From Octopus sinensis (lineage: Eukaryota), in assembly GCF_006345805.1 (NCBI RefSeq), contig NW_021833011.1, forward strand, positions 1 to 64,000: a stretch of DNA of 64,000 nucleotides, in the 5' to 3' direction. This document shows, one piece after another, positions 1-13,075 of the stretch. Below the pieces are notes generated by a model, which saw nothing but the letters and a program-made list of their open reading frames with translations, was not told the DNA's origin and did not search any database. The position numbers and the translations under genes were made by a program. Numbering within the stretch: the stretch's first letter is position 1; each line of letters opens with the position of its first letter.

Positions 1-419
1 GCTATGAGGGCCCCTGTTTCGTCTCTCTGGTTGATTTTATACCATTGCCATTCAGGCTCTTTGATCCACTCATTGTTCCATCTCATGTCACCCTTCTTGT
101 ATCCAACTCCATCCCCTCAATTATACCAGATTCTTTCTCCTTTGAACACTGGTCCTCTGCAATCCTTGCCTCATCTCCCTGTTCATCAGTTCAAAACAAT
201 ACTTTAACAGCATCAACAGGGTGTAAGGCAATGGACAACACACACATGCACACACAGCAGCATAGAAACACAGGTAGAAAGAAGGTGTGCAGAGAACTGA
301 GATGAGTCAGGGTAAGGATGAAGAATATAAAGACTCCAGAAGATGTTAAGAAATGCAAAGAAATGAGAATGCAGAATGTTTAACCCCTGAACATTTAAAC
401 AGGCCATATCTACTAGCAG

Positions 420-945
420 GGTGCAAAGAGCACCATACGAGTGTGATCATTGACAGAGCGGCTAACCGGCATCCGTGCCAGTGGCACATAAAAGGCACCA
501 TTCGAGTGTGATCGTTACCAGATCATTACCAGCATCACCTTACTGGCACTTGCGCCCGTGCTAGTAGGGTGCCAAGAGCACCATCCAAGTGTGATTGTTG
601 CCAGAGCAGCCAACTGGCTTCTGTGCCAGTGGCACGTAAAAGGGCACCATTCGAGCGTGATCGTTACCAACATCACCTTACTGGCACCTGTGCCGGTGGC
701 ATGTATAAAAAAATTTGTGCGAGGTTGCCAGTACTGCCTAACTGGCACCTGTGCCGGTGGCACATAAAAGCACCCACTACACTATCGGAGTGGCTGGCAT
801 TAGGAAGGGCATCCAGCTGTAGAAACTCTGCCAGATCAAGATTGGAGCCTGGTGCAGCCATCTGGTTTGCCAGCCTTCAGTCAAAATCGTCCAACCCATA
901 CCAGCATGGAAAGCGGACTTTAAACAATGATGATGATGATGATAT
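420..945 (+). mobile_element. RTE LINE 3' tail with tandem GTGCC-NGT-GGCAC subrepeats, ends (GAT)n
   Basis: Same tail directly follows RTE ORF remnants at 49320-49890 (minus) and 56750-57192 (plus); conserved AGGAAGGGCATCCAGCTGTAGAAAC block and (GAT)n end. Confidence 0.8.
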
Positions 946-1779
946 CTGGCCTCTTACACCAACCATACAATATCATTCTAAAAATTAACAATTACCTCGT
1001 CAACATTCCAAAGCTATGAGATAATGCATGATTAATACGAAATGATGTGAATAAATAAGCAGAAAGCTTGACAGATTAATCTGAATGCTAAAGAGTTAAG
1101 GAATGCTCTGAATTATAAAGATGAAAGTGCTAGAAGAAAGAAGAAATGTTTCAGAGTCTGTAATGAGAAAAGGTAAATAAAATGGAGAGGTGAAACAACA
1201 GACAAAAGAAAAAATCACATCAACCGAATATATAATCCTGTGTGGAAAGTCCTTTGAAGAATTTTATTGATTTGAAAATTTTAGTTTGATGTGTTCAATA
1301 TTATGAGAGTATCATTACTCAACATATTCGTTTTATATTGAAACTATAATCAAAAGTAAAAGACAGGCAGACCTGTGCATGTGTTTATCATTGGCACAAT
1401 GACCCTCCCAAGACTTACAAAATATATTTTGTTTTAGAATTAAACTATATATTTGTATTATTATTCAGTAATATGCATTTACAAGGTAAAGACTCAGTTT
1501 TCTTTCCATTTTGTTTTAGATAGAAATTACATTTGTAACAAGTTCCCTCTATCAATCAAACAAAGATGGTAAAATATTCCATTTACTTTCCCTCTTTCCA
1601 ATGTTTAGAAACTGAAGGAACGGTCAAATACTGGAATCAGTTTCACTGATAAAACATCATCTCTAATATTTCTGATTTCCTGCCTGATAACCATCATTCC
1701 TGACAAATTTCTTCCTTTCCTGATAAATGTGAGAAACCAAAAAGCAAAATCTGGGAAGAAATAAAAGATATAAATAGGT

Positions 1780-2170
1780 GCAGACAGGGCTGTGTGCTAA
1801 GAAGTTTGCTTCCCAACCACATGGTTCTGGGTTCAGTCCCACTGTGTGGCACTTTGGGTGAGAATCTTCTACTGTAGCCTCAGTTCAACCAAGGCATTGT
1901 GAGTGAATTTGGTAGATGGAAACTGAAAGAAGCCCAGTATGTATGTGTGTGTGTGTGTGTTTGTGTCGTTGTGTCTATTTGTTACCCGCTACTGCTTGAT
2001 GACTGGTGTCAATGTGTTTATGTTCCTGTAACTTAACAGATCAGCAAAATGGAATGATAAAAGTTTCTAGGTTTTAAAAATTAAGAACCACTAGGGTCGA
2101 TTCATTTAACTAAAAAAGATCTTCAAGGTGGTGCCCCAGCATGGCCTGAGTCATTAGACTAAAACAATTA
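1780..2170 (+). mobile_element. tRNA-derived SINE (head, (TG)n, body, GGTGCCCCAGCATGGCC tail)
   Basis: B-box-like GGTTCAGTCCC; homologous copies at 33745-34155 and 14085-14290 (minus). Confidence 0.75.
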
Positions 2171-2254
2171 AAACACAAAAGATATACCAATCCTATTAAC
2201 AAAACAAAATTCAAGAAATCTTTTTCAAAACAAATTAAACTTGAAGAAACTTAC

Positions 2255-2491
2255 CAATTTCATTTTGGCAATACACAAGAAAAGTTCCAGCTTTTCTTCC
2301 AGGGGAAACATATACAATATCCAATTTTCCTGTCTTTTCCAAAAAATCAATTAACATTTTTTCCGACATGTCTTTGGGGCCATTTGACACAATCACTGCA
2401 TCTTCTTGCCAGACTAGATTTTTATACCAGTCCACATGAAGTTTATGTTTGCTTACATTATGGACCTTCCTTTGGACAACATTTTCTGCAT
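2255..2491 (-). CDS. Internal coding exon of PARP14-like gene (end of RRM1 plus second RRM-like repeat)
   Basis: Acceptor TTTCAG|AT at 2492/2491, donor TG|GTAAGT at 2255/2254; 237 nt, phase 1-1, open: (D)AENVVQRKVHNVSKHKLHVDWYKNLVWQEDAVIVSNGPKDMSEKMLIDFLEKTGKLDIVYVSPGRKAGTFLVYCQNEI; joins in frame to the 4040-4237 exon (..FESEK-D-AENV..). Confidence 0.85.
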
Positions 2492-3316
2492 CTGAAAATC
2501 AAAATAGCAGAAGAAATTGAGAATATAATGTCATTATTAATGAGTGGAGGGCATGGTTGTGTTGGTGTAGAACCAGGTCAGACACTTTCTGGTCATAAAC
2601 ATGTCCAAGTGTCCTTCCTTGTTTATGATGTTAGGTGGTACATGAAGAAGATTTAACTGCCTTTTCTAGCAGATCAAGTCATCACTTAGAGGCCCCTTTG
2701 TTCGATAGCTGAAAGGATTATGAGGTTCCCTGTACAATTAACTGGCTCTAGTTCAACAGCACATTGAGCAAGTATCTTCTACCACAGCCTCAAGATGACC
2801 AGAGCCTTGTGACTGATATTTGGAAGAGAGAAACTGTGGCCATCATAGGATGTGTGTGTGTGTGATCAGATAAACATATACACACTTATGTGTATACGCA
2901 CATACAGTACTTAGAGGAAACAGTAGTCATTCACAAAGACAATTGCCAATAAAAAGCTTTATCCTGAGCAGACCAATATGTAAGCCTATTTTCCAATAAA
3001 GAGTAGAATATTTGAATATCAGAATATGTCAAAACATTTAATGAAGTGCACTGCAAAATTTCAATTAAAATTAGTCCCTTAATGAAAAGAGAGACTCATT
3101 ATCTTCGTGACAGACCCATGCCAAGAAACGAGAGGAACATAACCTTGAAATTTAAATTTTTATAAATAAAAAAAAATATTTATATATATATATATATATA
3201 TTGGCCTGCTCACTTAGCCAGCGGGGTGGCGTCATTTGAAGGCTAAAACAATGCAAAGCGCATTGTGACCACCGATTTGTAGCAGCATCTGATAGCCTGG
3301 TCGGTCACGTGATCAG

Positions 3317-3352
<36 letters not shown>

Positions 3353-3719
3353 TATATATATATGCCATTTGATATTCCTTCAGGTTAAGGTGAAGGAATG
3401 AATTTAGCAGCAGAGAGACAACTCCAAGCACGTTTCAGTTTTGAGACCTCTTCGTTATAAAAGCCTACCCATGACTGCCAGATTGTTGATGACTAAAGAA
3501 TTTTAATGAGCGGATACAGAATGGTGTGACAACTTGGAATAGAACACTGCTCTACAGTTTCTCTATTGTACCTCCTTGATCACACTTTAGCCTTTCAATA
3601 CCTAGCATAACCCCTACATAACCCTTTCGGTTCCTCACTCCATTTAGTAGAAGGAGTGTTTTTCCTTTTTTTTTTTCCTGTCTTGGACATTACTTGGCAA
3701 CCTCACTAGTAATGATGGC

Positions 3720-3892
3720 AGGAAAATTGTCCCCAGTCCACTCTGTAAAGTGGTTGGCATTAGGAAGGGCACTGAGCAATAGAAACCATGCCAAAGCTGA
3801 CCCCAGAGGTCAATGCTGCTCACCAGATCCTGTCAAACTATTCAATGCAAGCAAATATGGAAAATGAATGTTAAATGACGATGATGATGATT
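3720..3892 (+). repeat. Degenerate RTE-type 3' tail fragment
   Basis: AAGTGGTTGGCATTAGGAAGGGCA block and (GAT)n end. Confidence 0.6.
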
Positions 3893-4039
3893 TTTAACAT
3901 TGCTTTATATTAATCTAATGTGTTCACAGTAATTATGTGCAAATTGTCCAACCTATGCAAGCATGGACAACAGATATTAAATGATGACAATGATGATGTC
4001 TGTAAATGATTTCATGAAATAAAGAATATTTCTTCTAAC

Positions 4040-4237
4040 CTTTTTCCGATTCAAAAGTGATAATAACTTCCTCAGAATCTTGGATCCGTTCTGGCTTTCC
4101 TTTAATAGGTCCTCCACTTGATCTACTCTTGTTCTCAAAATAAGACTGAATGGCTTCCAAACGGAAATCAGTTGGGATTCCTGACACCAATATCGTTCTG
4201 CCCTCATCTTCTCCTTCCATACTCGTGGCAGATATTC
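4040..4237 (-). CDS. Coding exon of PARP14-like gene, N-terminal RRM (possible start Met in MEGEDEG)
   Basis: Acceptor TTTTGCAG|GA, donor AG|GTTAG; 198 nt, phase 1-1; RTILVSGIPTDFRLEAIQSYFENKSRSSGGPIK..VIITFESEK resembles the YF.N..RSGGG..ITF signature of PARP14/PARP10/NMI-type RRMs (family recognised from memory). Confidence 0.85.
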
Positions 4238-4689
4238 CTGCAAAATAAAACCAAGATTTAATGCTAGATAAATACAAGTTATTCACCATCCATGTAACAA
4301 TATAATGCTATCCACATCATAAACATCCACTTTACATGCCTGATGTAAACCTGAAATACATATAGCCTTCAAACAGTCCAGATATGCTACAAATAACAGC
4401 CAAAGTTTTTCAAAAGTTCTCCCATTTTTAAAATAGACGAATACATTTGCTAAAATCGTCTTGTCTTGAGAATATCTGCAAAGAAGTTATGGCATTCCTG
4501 ATTGAACAATGCTAATTTCACTCACAGAAACCAGAGTTCTAACATATGTCCATGAAATCTGAAAGTCACACCTCTGAACGAATCCAGCTTTAAAATCTTT
4601 AAAAAGATGTTTTGCAATAAAACAGCCACACAAATGCCATTTAGTATGACAAACTTCATCTAAATACACATTTTCCAAACAATTCTTTC

Positions 4690-4870
4690 TTCTATAGGCA
4701 CAAGGCTTGAAACTTTGGGGGAGAGTTAATCAATTAGATAAACCCTAGTGTATAACTGGTACTTACTTTATTGACCCTGAGGAGATGAAAGGTGAAATTG
4801 ACCTCAGTGGAATTAGAACCCAGAACATAAAGATGGATGAAATGTCACTGAGCATTTTGTCCACATTTTC
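4690..4870 (-). mobile_element. tRNA-derived SINE fragment (same family as 29915-30100 and 31550-32120)
   Basis: TTGACCCTGAGGAGATGAAAGGTGAAATTGACCTCAGTGGAATT block shared with the other copies. Confidence 0.65.
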
Positions 4871-5229
4871 CAAACAATGACAATGACCACAACAACAATA
4901 ACAACCAAAAGTACCAATCTGATTAGCCTGATTAATGCCACAACATCATATAGAATACATTCAACAAAAGAACACCCCAACCATTCACCCACCAAACTCA
5001 ACCAGATGAACCTAATTTATAAATACAGCTTTGTGTTGGGCCCTCAATTCCTTGATAGGGTTGTATGGGGCACTATGGTCAGAAATGGCATGTCTTGGGT
5101 ATTTTTAAACCCGGAGGGACCAGGAGATGTGGTGATTTGCTGTACTTGAAAAATCATGTGAAGCTAAGTAAAAAGCTTGTCCTTTCAGGGGTGGGTGCAA
5201 CATAAAAACACTCCCACGCTGGGGTTGTG

Positions 5230-5420
5230 TCAACACACCCTTGCCAGTGGCATGTAAAATGCACCCAGCACATTCTGTTAAGTGGTTGGCATTAGGAAGG
5301 ACATCTAGCTGTAGATACCATGCCACAACAGACAACTGGAGCCTGGCCAGCTCCATTTCAAACAATCCAACCTATGCCATCATGGAAAGAGGACATTAAA
5401 CAATGAGGAGGATGATGTCA
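5230..5420 (+). repeat. Degenerate RTE-type 3' tail fragment
   Basis: GCCAGTGGCATGTAAAATGCACCC..AAGTGGTTGGCATTAGGAAGG..(GAT)-like end. Confidence 0.6.
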
Positions 5421-5689
5421 AGGCCATCCTTCTGCAAGAATGACCAAAACTGGTTTCTTCTAAAAAGAGGGAGAGAGAAACAGAAAGAAAAAGTGAGAGG
5501 CTGAGAAGAATTGACCCCAATACTTTGTTTATTGACTCCAAAGTGATCAAAGACAAAATTGATTTCAGCATCGCAAAGAGTCAGAAGGATTGCCACAAAT
5601 CAACCTATCTGGTGCTCTACTGACTCTGTGACTTGACCACCTCATAAACACTACAGAAATCACCTAAAAACAAGTTTATGTTGCACATT

Positions 5690-6703
5690 GTGCTGCAGCT
5701 CATACAGTAGTAGTAGAGGAAGCATTTCTTGTTCGGCGTGCTGAACATTGCTCATTGCTCTGGACGGCTCGTTGTGCTAACCATTCACAACGCCGCTCCT
5801 CACTTTCCCTTCTTCGCACTGAAGCCATCCTAAGTGCATTGAGAGAGTTCCTCCTGGCGGCGTCTTCAGCAGATTCATTTGCATGCATGCGTTTACTTTT
5901 CTTTGCAGCATTTGTTTGCCCACCTATATTGGAACTTTTGCGTCGAGGTATGGTGGAAAATTATCAGTTATACAACAGAAAAAGTCCTAAGGAAAAAGCG
6001 GTGAATGTATAGCACCCAAAAAATTGTAACCTGTAGTTTGTAAAAATGTTTTTCAAGCAGATCGAATTGATTTTGGGTAAGAGTTTTGAAGTGGCTAGTT
6101 TAAATTGGAATAATTATATGGAAAAAAGCACTCATATGAAAACAGAGGCAAATCGTAGCTTGCAAATGAAGATTGCTGGTAGTACTGTGCAAGCAGTCGA
6201 TAAGAGTTTGCCACAGCTGACAAAGTATTGATTTTTTCCAGTTGGGCATGTCACGTTTTTTCACTGGCTCAAGCCAAATCCTAGGCGAATTGAGAGTAGT
6301 CTATTTATGCTGGGAGTGCAGAATTTTGAGGAAAAAATTATATGAAAAAGCGTCCCAAGTCAAAGAGAGGACACATGTCAAATTTGGTGAAATTCGGTTG
6401 AAAATTGTAGGAGTAGAAGTGGTTCACACAACATACACACAGAAACAGACAGCCAACTTGCCTTTTAATATATAAGATTAAACACATACCATTGCATAGA
6501 TGTGGTGGGTTCAAATCCTAAGTGAATTGAGAGTAGTCTATTTATGTTGGGGGTGTGGAATTTCAAGGAAAAAATCATAAGAAAAAGTGTCCTAAGTCAA
6601 AGAGAGTACACATGTCAATCTAGTGAAATTCAGTTGAAAATTGTAGGAGTAGAAGTGGTTCACACAACAGACAGACAGACAACTTGCCTTTTAATATATA
6701 AGA
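5690..6703 (-). mobile_element. Helitron 5' remnant with duplicated 5' terminus and start of RepHel ORF
   Basis: A|TCTTATATATTAAAAGGCAAGTTG termini at 6703 and 6477; minus frame (I)PRRKSSNIGGQTNAAKKSKRMHANESAEDAARRNSLNALRMASVRRRESEERR resembles the charged Helitron RepHel N-terminus. Confidence 0.65.
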
Positions 6704-7399
6704 TAGAAGAAAATGAAGTAGATTATGTGTCCAACCCTTGGTTTTGAACCACATTATACGACAATGGTGATTGGTCAATTGCTTCGTTGGGGTTGTGGTA
6801 CTCCTGTCACAATGCCAGTCACCATGACTCCAGCTAAAATGTGGAAAGCAAGGAAACCAAACCTGTTGCTGCTTTTTTTCACTTTGTGTTTTAACAGACT
6901 AATGTGCAACTTTTGGGTTACAACTGGCCAATCAACAAGGCTCAGCAAATTCTCAACAAGCTATTCTTTGGTGCCTTACCAATGCATTACATAAAGAACC
7001 CTCAAAGTTGAATTTAATCAGAAAGGAATAAGTTGCCTTAGCAACAGGATGGTTTACCAATCTATATATATCTATAATATAAATTGGACATGGGCGATCG
7101 TTGTATTCTTTCTTGTCTTGAGGTTCACAACCAAACGGCTGAATGAATTTGTGTGAAAAATGGCACACATGTGGAGATGGGTGCATAGAGTGGAATGCAG
7201 TTTGTATTTTTTTCCTAGCCCCCCCCCCTCTACATACTGAGAAAATCGATTAAAACTTTTTCTAATGGAATTCCCCTCTTTCTTCCGCCATTAAAACAAC
7301 CAGTTGCTTAGAAGCTGTTTTTTGACGGGATGAAGTCAAACTCACCCCAAGCTACTTTTTTTCCAGAAAAGAAAGGTGGGAGGGATGGTAGAGACCTTG

Positions 7400-7600
7400 A
7401 AGTTTCCCACAAAGGGAGTTTTGTTTCGCGAGCCCTTTTTTTTCTTTTCCAAATTATTTTGCATGCTTTCAATGAATGTGACATTGAAATCATGCATAAA
7501 TGGCTCCTTTTTCCAGAAAAGATTTGGCTGTTATTTCTAGCATGCCCTACTACCACATAACAATTATTTCCATTGACACCGAAATATTTACCAGCGTTTT
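7400..7600 (+). repeat. Old dispersed repeat, homologous to 19420-19600 (opposite strand)
   Basis: GCTTTCAATGAATGTGACATTGAAAT..AAAGATTTGGCTGTTATTTCTAGCA matches reverse complement of 19420-19560. Confidence 0.65.
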
Positions 7601-7780
7601 CCCTTCCATTTATTTTTTCCACTTTATGGAAGTCAATATTTTCTATGTTGACATCCTCCTCAGTTATTTGTGCTTTTCACCCAGTTCTCTACTTTCTAGA
7701 AGAAAAGCCCTTACATTATCTCAAAGCTATGAGAATTCACAACGGGTTTTGGCCATTTTAAACACTAAAGGGTTAAAAGT

Positions 7781-7938
7781 GCCAAAACTATAAAATCAGC
7801 CTTTTTGAGGGCTTTAGAACCCAAAAACTATATAGTTTTTTGTTTTTTTGGTTTTTTTTTGCTTAAGAGTTAAAAATCCTGATTTTATAGTTTTAAATTT
7901 CAAAGGGCCTAAAAAAAGGCTGATTTCATAGTTTTGGC
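7781..7938. repeat. 26-bp inverted repeat pair (1 mismatch), MITE-like
   Basis: GCCAAAACTATAAAATCAGCCTTTTT (7781-7806) vs reverse complement of 7913-7938. Confidence 0.7.
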
Positions 7939-8094
7939 CCTTTTTAAGGTTTTTAAAGGGTTTTAGAGCCAGAAAAGGTAAAAAATAAAACTCAAATGAA
8001 ACATAATATTAGTATTAAACTAAAAGAAGTTTACTGATAAGGTGATCATAAAAAAACTTTCTTTAAAAATTGGAAAACATGATATATGCATGAT

Positions 8095-8494
8095 TCAACT
8101 TTTCCTCTTCTCCACTATTTTGTTGCCCTTCTTGAAAATTAGCAAACTAAAATTTTCATCAGACAAGGATGATCTCTTGACACTCAAGATGTCTTTGTCT
8201 ATGGAAAATAAACGTTCAACTGCAGCACTGGAAGGGACGGATGTGTTGTACTTGACAAACAAGTCCACCAACACTTGCTCACTGAATGACGCGTACAATA
8301 TTAAATATGATAAGACAATCATTAAACAATAGAAACGTTTACTGGTTTTATTGAAATTTTGGGGTTAGTGGAAGCTAAATGTAACGGAAGTTAATTAGTT
8401 CGGTAATGATTTTTAAAGTTAACTTAAAAGTTAAATCGTTAACCAAAATATTAACTTTGTTAATTAACGATTAACGGACTTATGCCCAGCTCTG
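8095..8494 (-). mobile_element. hAT transposon remnant: C-terminal dimerisation domain plus one terminal inverted repeat
   Basis: LFVKYNTSVPSSAAVERLFS..DILSVKRSSLSDENFSLLIF is the hATC motif; end TATGCCCAGCTCTG with GTTAA subterminal repeats. Confidence 0.8.
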
Positions 8495-9459
8495 AGAGAG
8501 AGACAGAGAGACAGACAGACAGACAGACAGACAAAAGAAATAATATCTCAGTTCTTAGCAACAAGTTGATTTCAACGTATTTTCGCAAGACTGATCTCTG
8601 AGTTAGTCAGTTTTTTAGGACAGAGGTAAGAACTTTTCCATATCTTCTATAACTGGTATTTTATCATACGTTCTAAGAAAAGGAACTTCTAATCCATTAC
8701 TGATAAATATAATATTGCATATAACTTCTTTCTATGTTTTGTCTTCTACACATGAGAATTCAAATGATTATGAAAAAAATTGTGTGTGATTTAAGGTTGA
8801 TTTAGCTGATACATTCTTTGTCTCTTTGTCACTGGCATGTATTAATATTTTGCAATATTTTTCTCCCCATAAACACGTTTAGTGGAATGATGATGCACCC
8901 AAGGGTGGATTTGAGTCAAAAATTCGGACTATCTATATTTTAAAATTCCGATTTAAAAGAAAATACAACAGAGAGTAGAAATGAAGGTAGCAGGTGCTCG
9001 TGGTTTTTATTTTTTGGAATTTTCAGAAAAGTTTTGTGAATTTGTGTTCTATGCACTGGAATTCATATACTTATTGCCAAATAAAAAGGAAAAAGAAAAA
9101 AAAATTCTTATTTAAAACCACATAAATCCTAAAAATTTCCTACTTCTTTTCAATTTTTTTTTTAAAATCAGAGTTTAAAATACAGAAACTCAGAACGTTT
9201 TGCTTAAATTCCAGCAGTGGACCATTCTTGAAGAATATCAATACACTATAGTAACAAAGAAATGAAGAAGAAATCAAGAGGCTGTGCGATGTGCTAAAAA
9301 CAACAGCTAAATTGCCTAAATCCCATACAAAAATTTTATTTGCCTAATCTTTTGAATTTCCATGTGTAGAAGAAAAATTTTCTGAAAATTAAAAAAAATA
9401 GTAAAGTTACGAGGGGTTATACGGGGTGCTTTAATAAAAATTCTGCTTCTCCGACTAAG

Positions 9460-11416
9460 AGGAAATGCCGACCATATTCCATTGAATATCTGTCTTGTGG
9501 CTGTATTCTATCAGCACAGAATGAAGGGAAAACAATGTCTCAGCCAAGCCAGCTCAGAATTCCTTCAGAGACCAAGTTCAAAGACAACTAAAACAATCCA
9601 GTAGAATATTTTAGAAAACTGCACAATGAATTCCAAGCAAGGAAAATGGAGAATAAGTGACAAAATCATAATGGTTGACTGGAATCCTATGAAATTTCTA
9701 AAATGATAGCAAAGATTGGGAAACCCCATAATATTGGTGAAACTAATTTTGCCAGCGGTATCTGTCATAGTGTCATCATTTATGAAACAAAATGCTACTG
9801 AGATTACTTGTAAGATTCCTTTAAGCAACTCATCAGTGTCACTGTGCGTCAATGAAATGGCTAAGATGGAGAGAAGCAACCTGTAGCCAAACTGCAAGTA
9901 AAGAAATTTCTTCTTCAACCTGATGAATCTACCCTGAGAGACAGTAAAGCTATAGTATTGGCATATAATCGTTTTTTTTTTGGTGGTGGTGGTGGTGGGG
10001 TGTAATGAATTCAGAGAGGAAATTCATTTTACCAGACATCTTAAAACAGATACTAAAGGCAAAACAAATTTTCAAAGGCACTATAACTTATTTCGAGGAA
10101 CATAATATTCCCCTGGGAAATGTGAGAGTTTGTGCTAATGACTGTGTTCCGCCCATGATTGGCAGATACAGAGATTTTGTTGCCTGTTGAATAAATGGTA
10201 TTTTCTATACACTGTGTGATAACACCAGTAACACCTACTTGTGAAACAATCAAGAGCACATCTGCACGATCCCCTTAATATTGTAATATTATTTACAAGA
10301 TCACATATTTCATGAATTCTGTAATCAAAATGGAGAAATTGAATGCTTTGTAATTCACACGAACATGATATGGTTATCAAACTGTCTGCGTCATTTTTTT
10401 TTGTACTTTGGTATATTATTGTTTCATTCCTGGCTAACAACAATCGCAGCCAACAAATGATTCCAGCTAAAAGTACAACTGCACTTCCACTCCACAAATG
10501 GTTGCAGCTAAATGCGATATATTTTATTTATCAGAAAAATTTGATAAAATATATCTGACAAACAGCTTCAAGAAGACTTTGACCTCATATCCTCCAAAGG
10601 AGCGATTGCTGCTTTTCTGGGGAAAGTACAGCTCTAGGAAATAAATATTGTATGCTGTGTATTATTAGAATTTCCCTGTTTGGAATCAATTAACAGTAAT
10701 CTGCACGATGACGACCTTGTTTACTGAACATTTGAAAAACTTGCATAATGATATGCAAGGTCAGTTTTATGACCTGCTGCAGTTAAATATACCGCGTTGG
10801 GTGACATTTCATGTTGCTGGTGTAGATATCTGTTTGCAGGAGAATCTCATTGAATTGCAGAACGATGAAATATTTCAAGCAAGATTTAAAGATGGAGAAC
10901 GTAATGTATGGTAAAAAAAATGACACTGCTACAAAGTATCCATTATTCTGGTGGGGGAGTGCAGTTGTACTTTACTACTTTTCCTTTATCTTACCTTGTT
11001 GAATCTGGTTTCAGCCATGTCGCTAATTTACTGTGAACAGCTCATAATTGAATCGACGTTGTAGAAAAAGGTGATCTTCAATTATCATTGACAACATAAG
11101 AGCAGAACAATTTAAAACTAGCAAAGCAGCACCAACCACCAGACTTGCATTAAAGAAATTAACACTAAAGTACTACCTTATGTAAATAAATATATACATG
11201 TATATTTATTTTACTTGGAAACATTCATTTTCCGTAGAATTTAGTTGTTAAGAAATTGGTTATAGGTCCATAGTACACAAGATATTTTAACGACTTTTAT
11301 ACAAGTCCTAATTTGACTTTTTTAAACATCGAATGGGTATGGGGGAGGGTCCCAAGGAGTAAAATAGGAATCAAAGGGGTTCTCAGGTAAAAAAAAAAAA
11401 TGGTTGAATACACCTG
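9460..11416 (+). mobile_element. Decayed hAT (Charlie/ZBED5/SCAND3-like) transposase with 3' TIR
   Basis: Fragments KKCRPYSIEYL, IAKIGKPHNIGE.LILPAV, IPLSNSSV, QPDESTL, HT..WLS..NCLR, YPLLW..FP.SYLVESGFS, GDLQL across frameshifts; end GGTTGAATACACCTG at 11402-11416. Confidence 0.85.
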
Positions 11417-12579
11417 GTTTGCGTAGCTGAGAGTTTGAAACGTAGGTAATAGATATTATTTTGAAGGAATTTTTCCTCAAACTTGACCCAATTGTAAATG
11501 AGGTAACAAATAAAATATGTGGATAATCTTTGGCAAAGAAGCTATAAAGAATATTTTATGTTGAGTTTCATTAATTTCATATTATGTGCTATTTTTCCAA
11601 AATCCTCTTTCATTTGACCAAGATATTTAAGGTTTTGTTGCATATCTGATCTTTCTGATGTCTAAGGACGGATGTTTATGTGTATGACTCTTTTTGCAAA
11701 TTTAATTCTGGGGAAATAGAAAAGCATATTCACTTAGTCTTGTCTTACCCATTTTGCCCCGCCTATATTTGTCTTTTATATGCCGAAAGAAAACAGTGAT
11801 AATTTTCTGAAATATTATTCTGAATATATCATAGGTTTTACTGAGTTTAGAGAAGGTCTTTACTCCGTTGATAGAGTTTTGGTAAGGTAGTGAATATTTA
11901 AAAAAAATATATTTTCTTCAAAGTCAAAATGTTACTCATTGTACCCCACCTACTCTTAATGGAAACTGGAAAAGCAGACTTTTGGAAATAGCTGTTTGAA
12001 TTTTCCTGTTTTTATTGGGGTGTGCCCCACTTTCTTTCTTTCTTTTTTTTTTAACACATTACAAAACAATGAAGGGAAGCTGTTTTAAAAAAAGAATTTT
12101 TTAAATCCACGTCTTTGAAATGTTGGTATCTCTACCCCGCTCTCTCTTTCTCTTTGTCTGTCTGTCTCTCTCTCTCTCTTTCTCTGTATCTCTCTCTCTC
12201 TCTCTCACTCATCCTGTCTTTGGAACAGCAACAACAAAAATGATTTCTGTCATTTTATCTTCTACATTCTGAAACATATGTAACTCACATTAAAAGAAAG
12301 AAAAAACCTTACCCCACTCTTCCCTACCGCAAGTGGATGTGTGAAAAACGAAACTTGAAGTTCTTTTTTTTTAAATTGCAAGTTATGATTTTTATTGCCT
12401 TCTCAGTGTTTACTGTTTTACAAAATTAAACTAGAAAACTGGACAAAACAGAGAATACAATTGAAAAAAAGAAAAAAGAAAAAAAGAAAGAAAGAGAAAA
12501 AAGAAAAAAAACAAAAGAACAAAACAATTTACCACCTTGGGTTGAAAAGTTGAGGGCGCTGGGAAACCTTTCTACTGGT

Positions 12580-13075
12580 TATTGAGACACACCAGTACAC
12601 TTGCAGCGTTGCCGCAGATGATGGCGAAGCTGCTACGCTGGAACAGCCAAGCGCCCTCATGAGCCTCACCAGTTACCTCTGCCAGGTGAGTTGCCAGTGA
12701 AGACAGGAATCTCGCAGTGGCCCGACTCCACTAGACGTCTTGAACGCCACACGATGGAAAATGTAGTTGGCCGACAGATCGCAGTATTTCAGGATTTTGT
12801 TCCGCTCGGTCGCAGAAGCTGTGGATCTCGCCCTGACCGCAGCATCCAAGATGTGAGAAGAAGCAAAGGAGTCGCTAACTGTGACATCCCAGACAAGGGA
12901 CCAGGGGCATAGAGTGAGGCTGTCAGATCTCCTCTTGTCACATCTGGACAATCCAGATGGTTCTAAGATGTATGGGATGTTTTCCCGGGCCAAGCTCCTC
13001 TTGAGTATCAAGTTCAACTCTATATGATGCGCAAAGCGACCAGCATGAAAAAGTGTATCTATAAAGCGACATTTT
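12580..13075 (-). mobile_element. CRE-clade-like non-LTR retrotransposon remnant (zinc knuckle end plus restriction-like endonuclease)
   Basis: AGRFAHHIELNLILKRSLARENIPYILEPSGLSRCDKRRSDSLTLCPW..LVWDVTVSDSFA..E..K..KY..WLFQR.S.AI..GNAASVL; matches RLE domain pattern of CRE-type elements (from memory). Confidence 0.75.
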
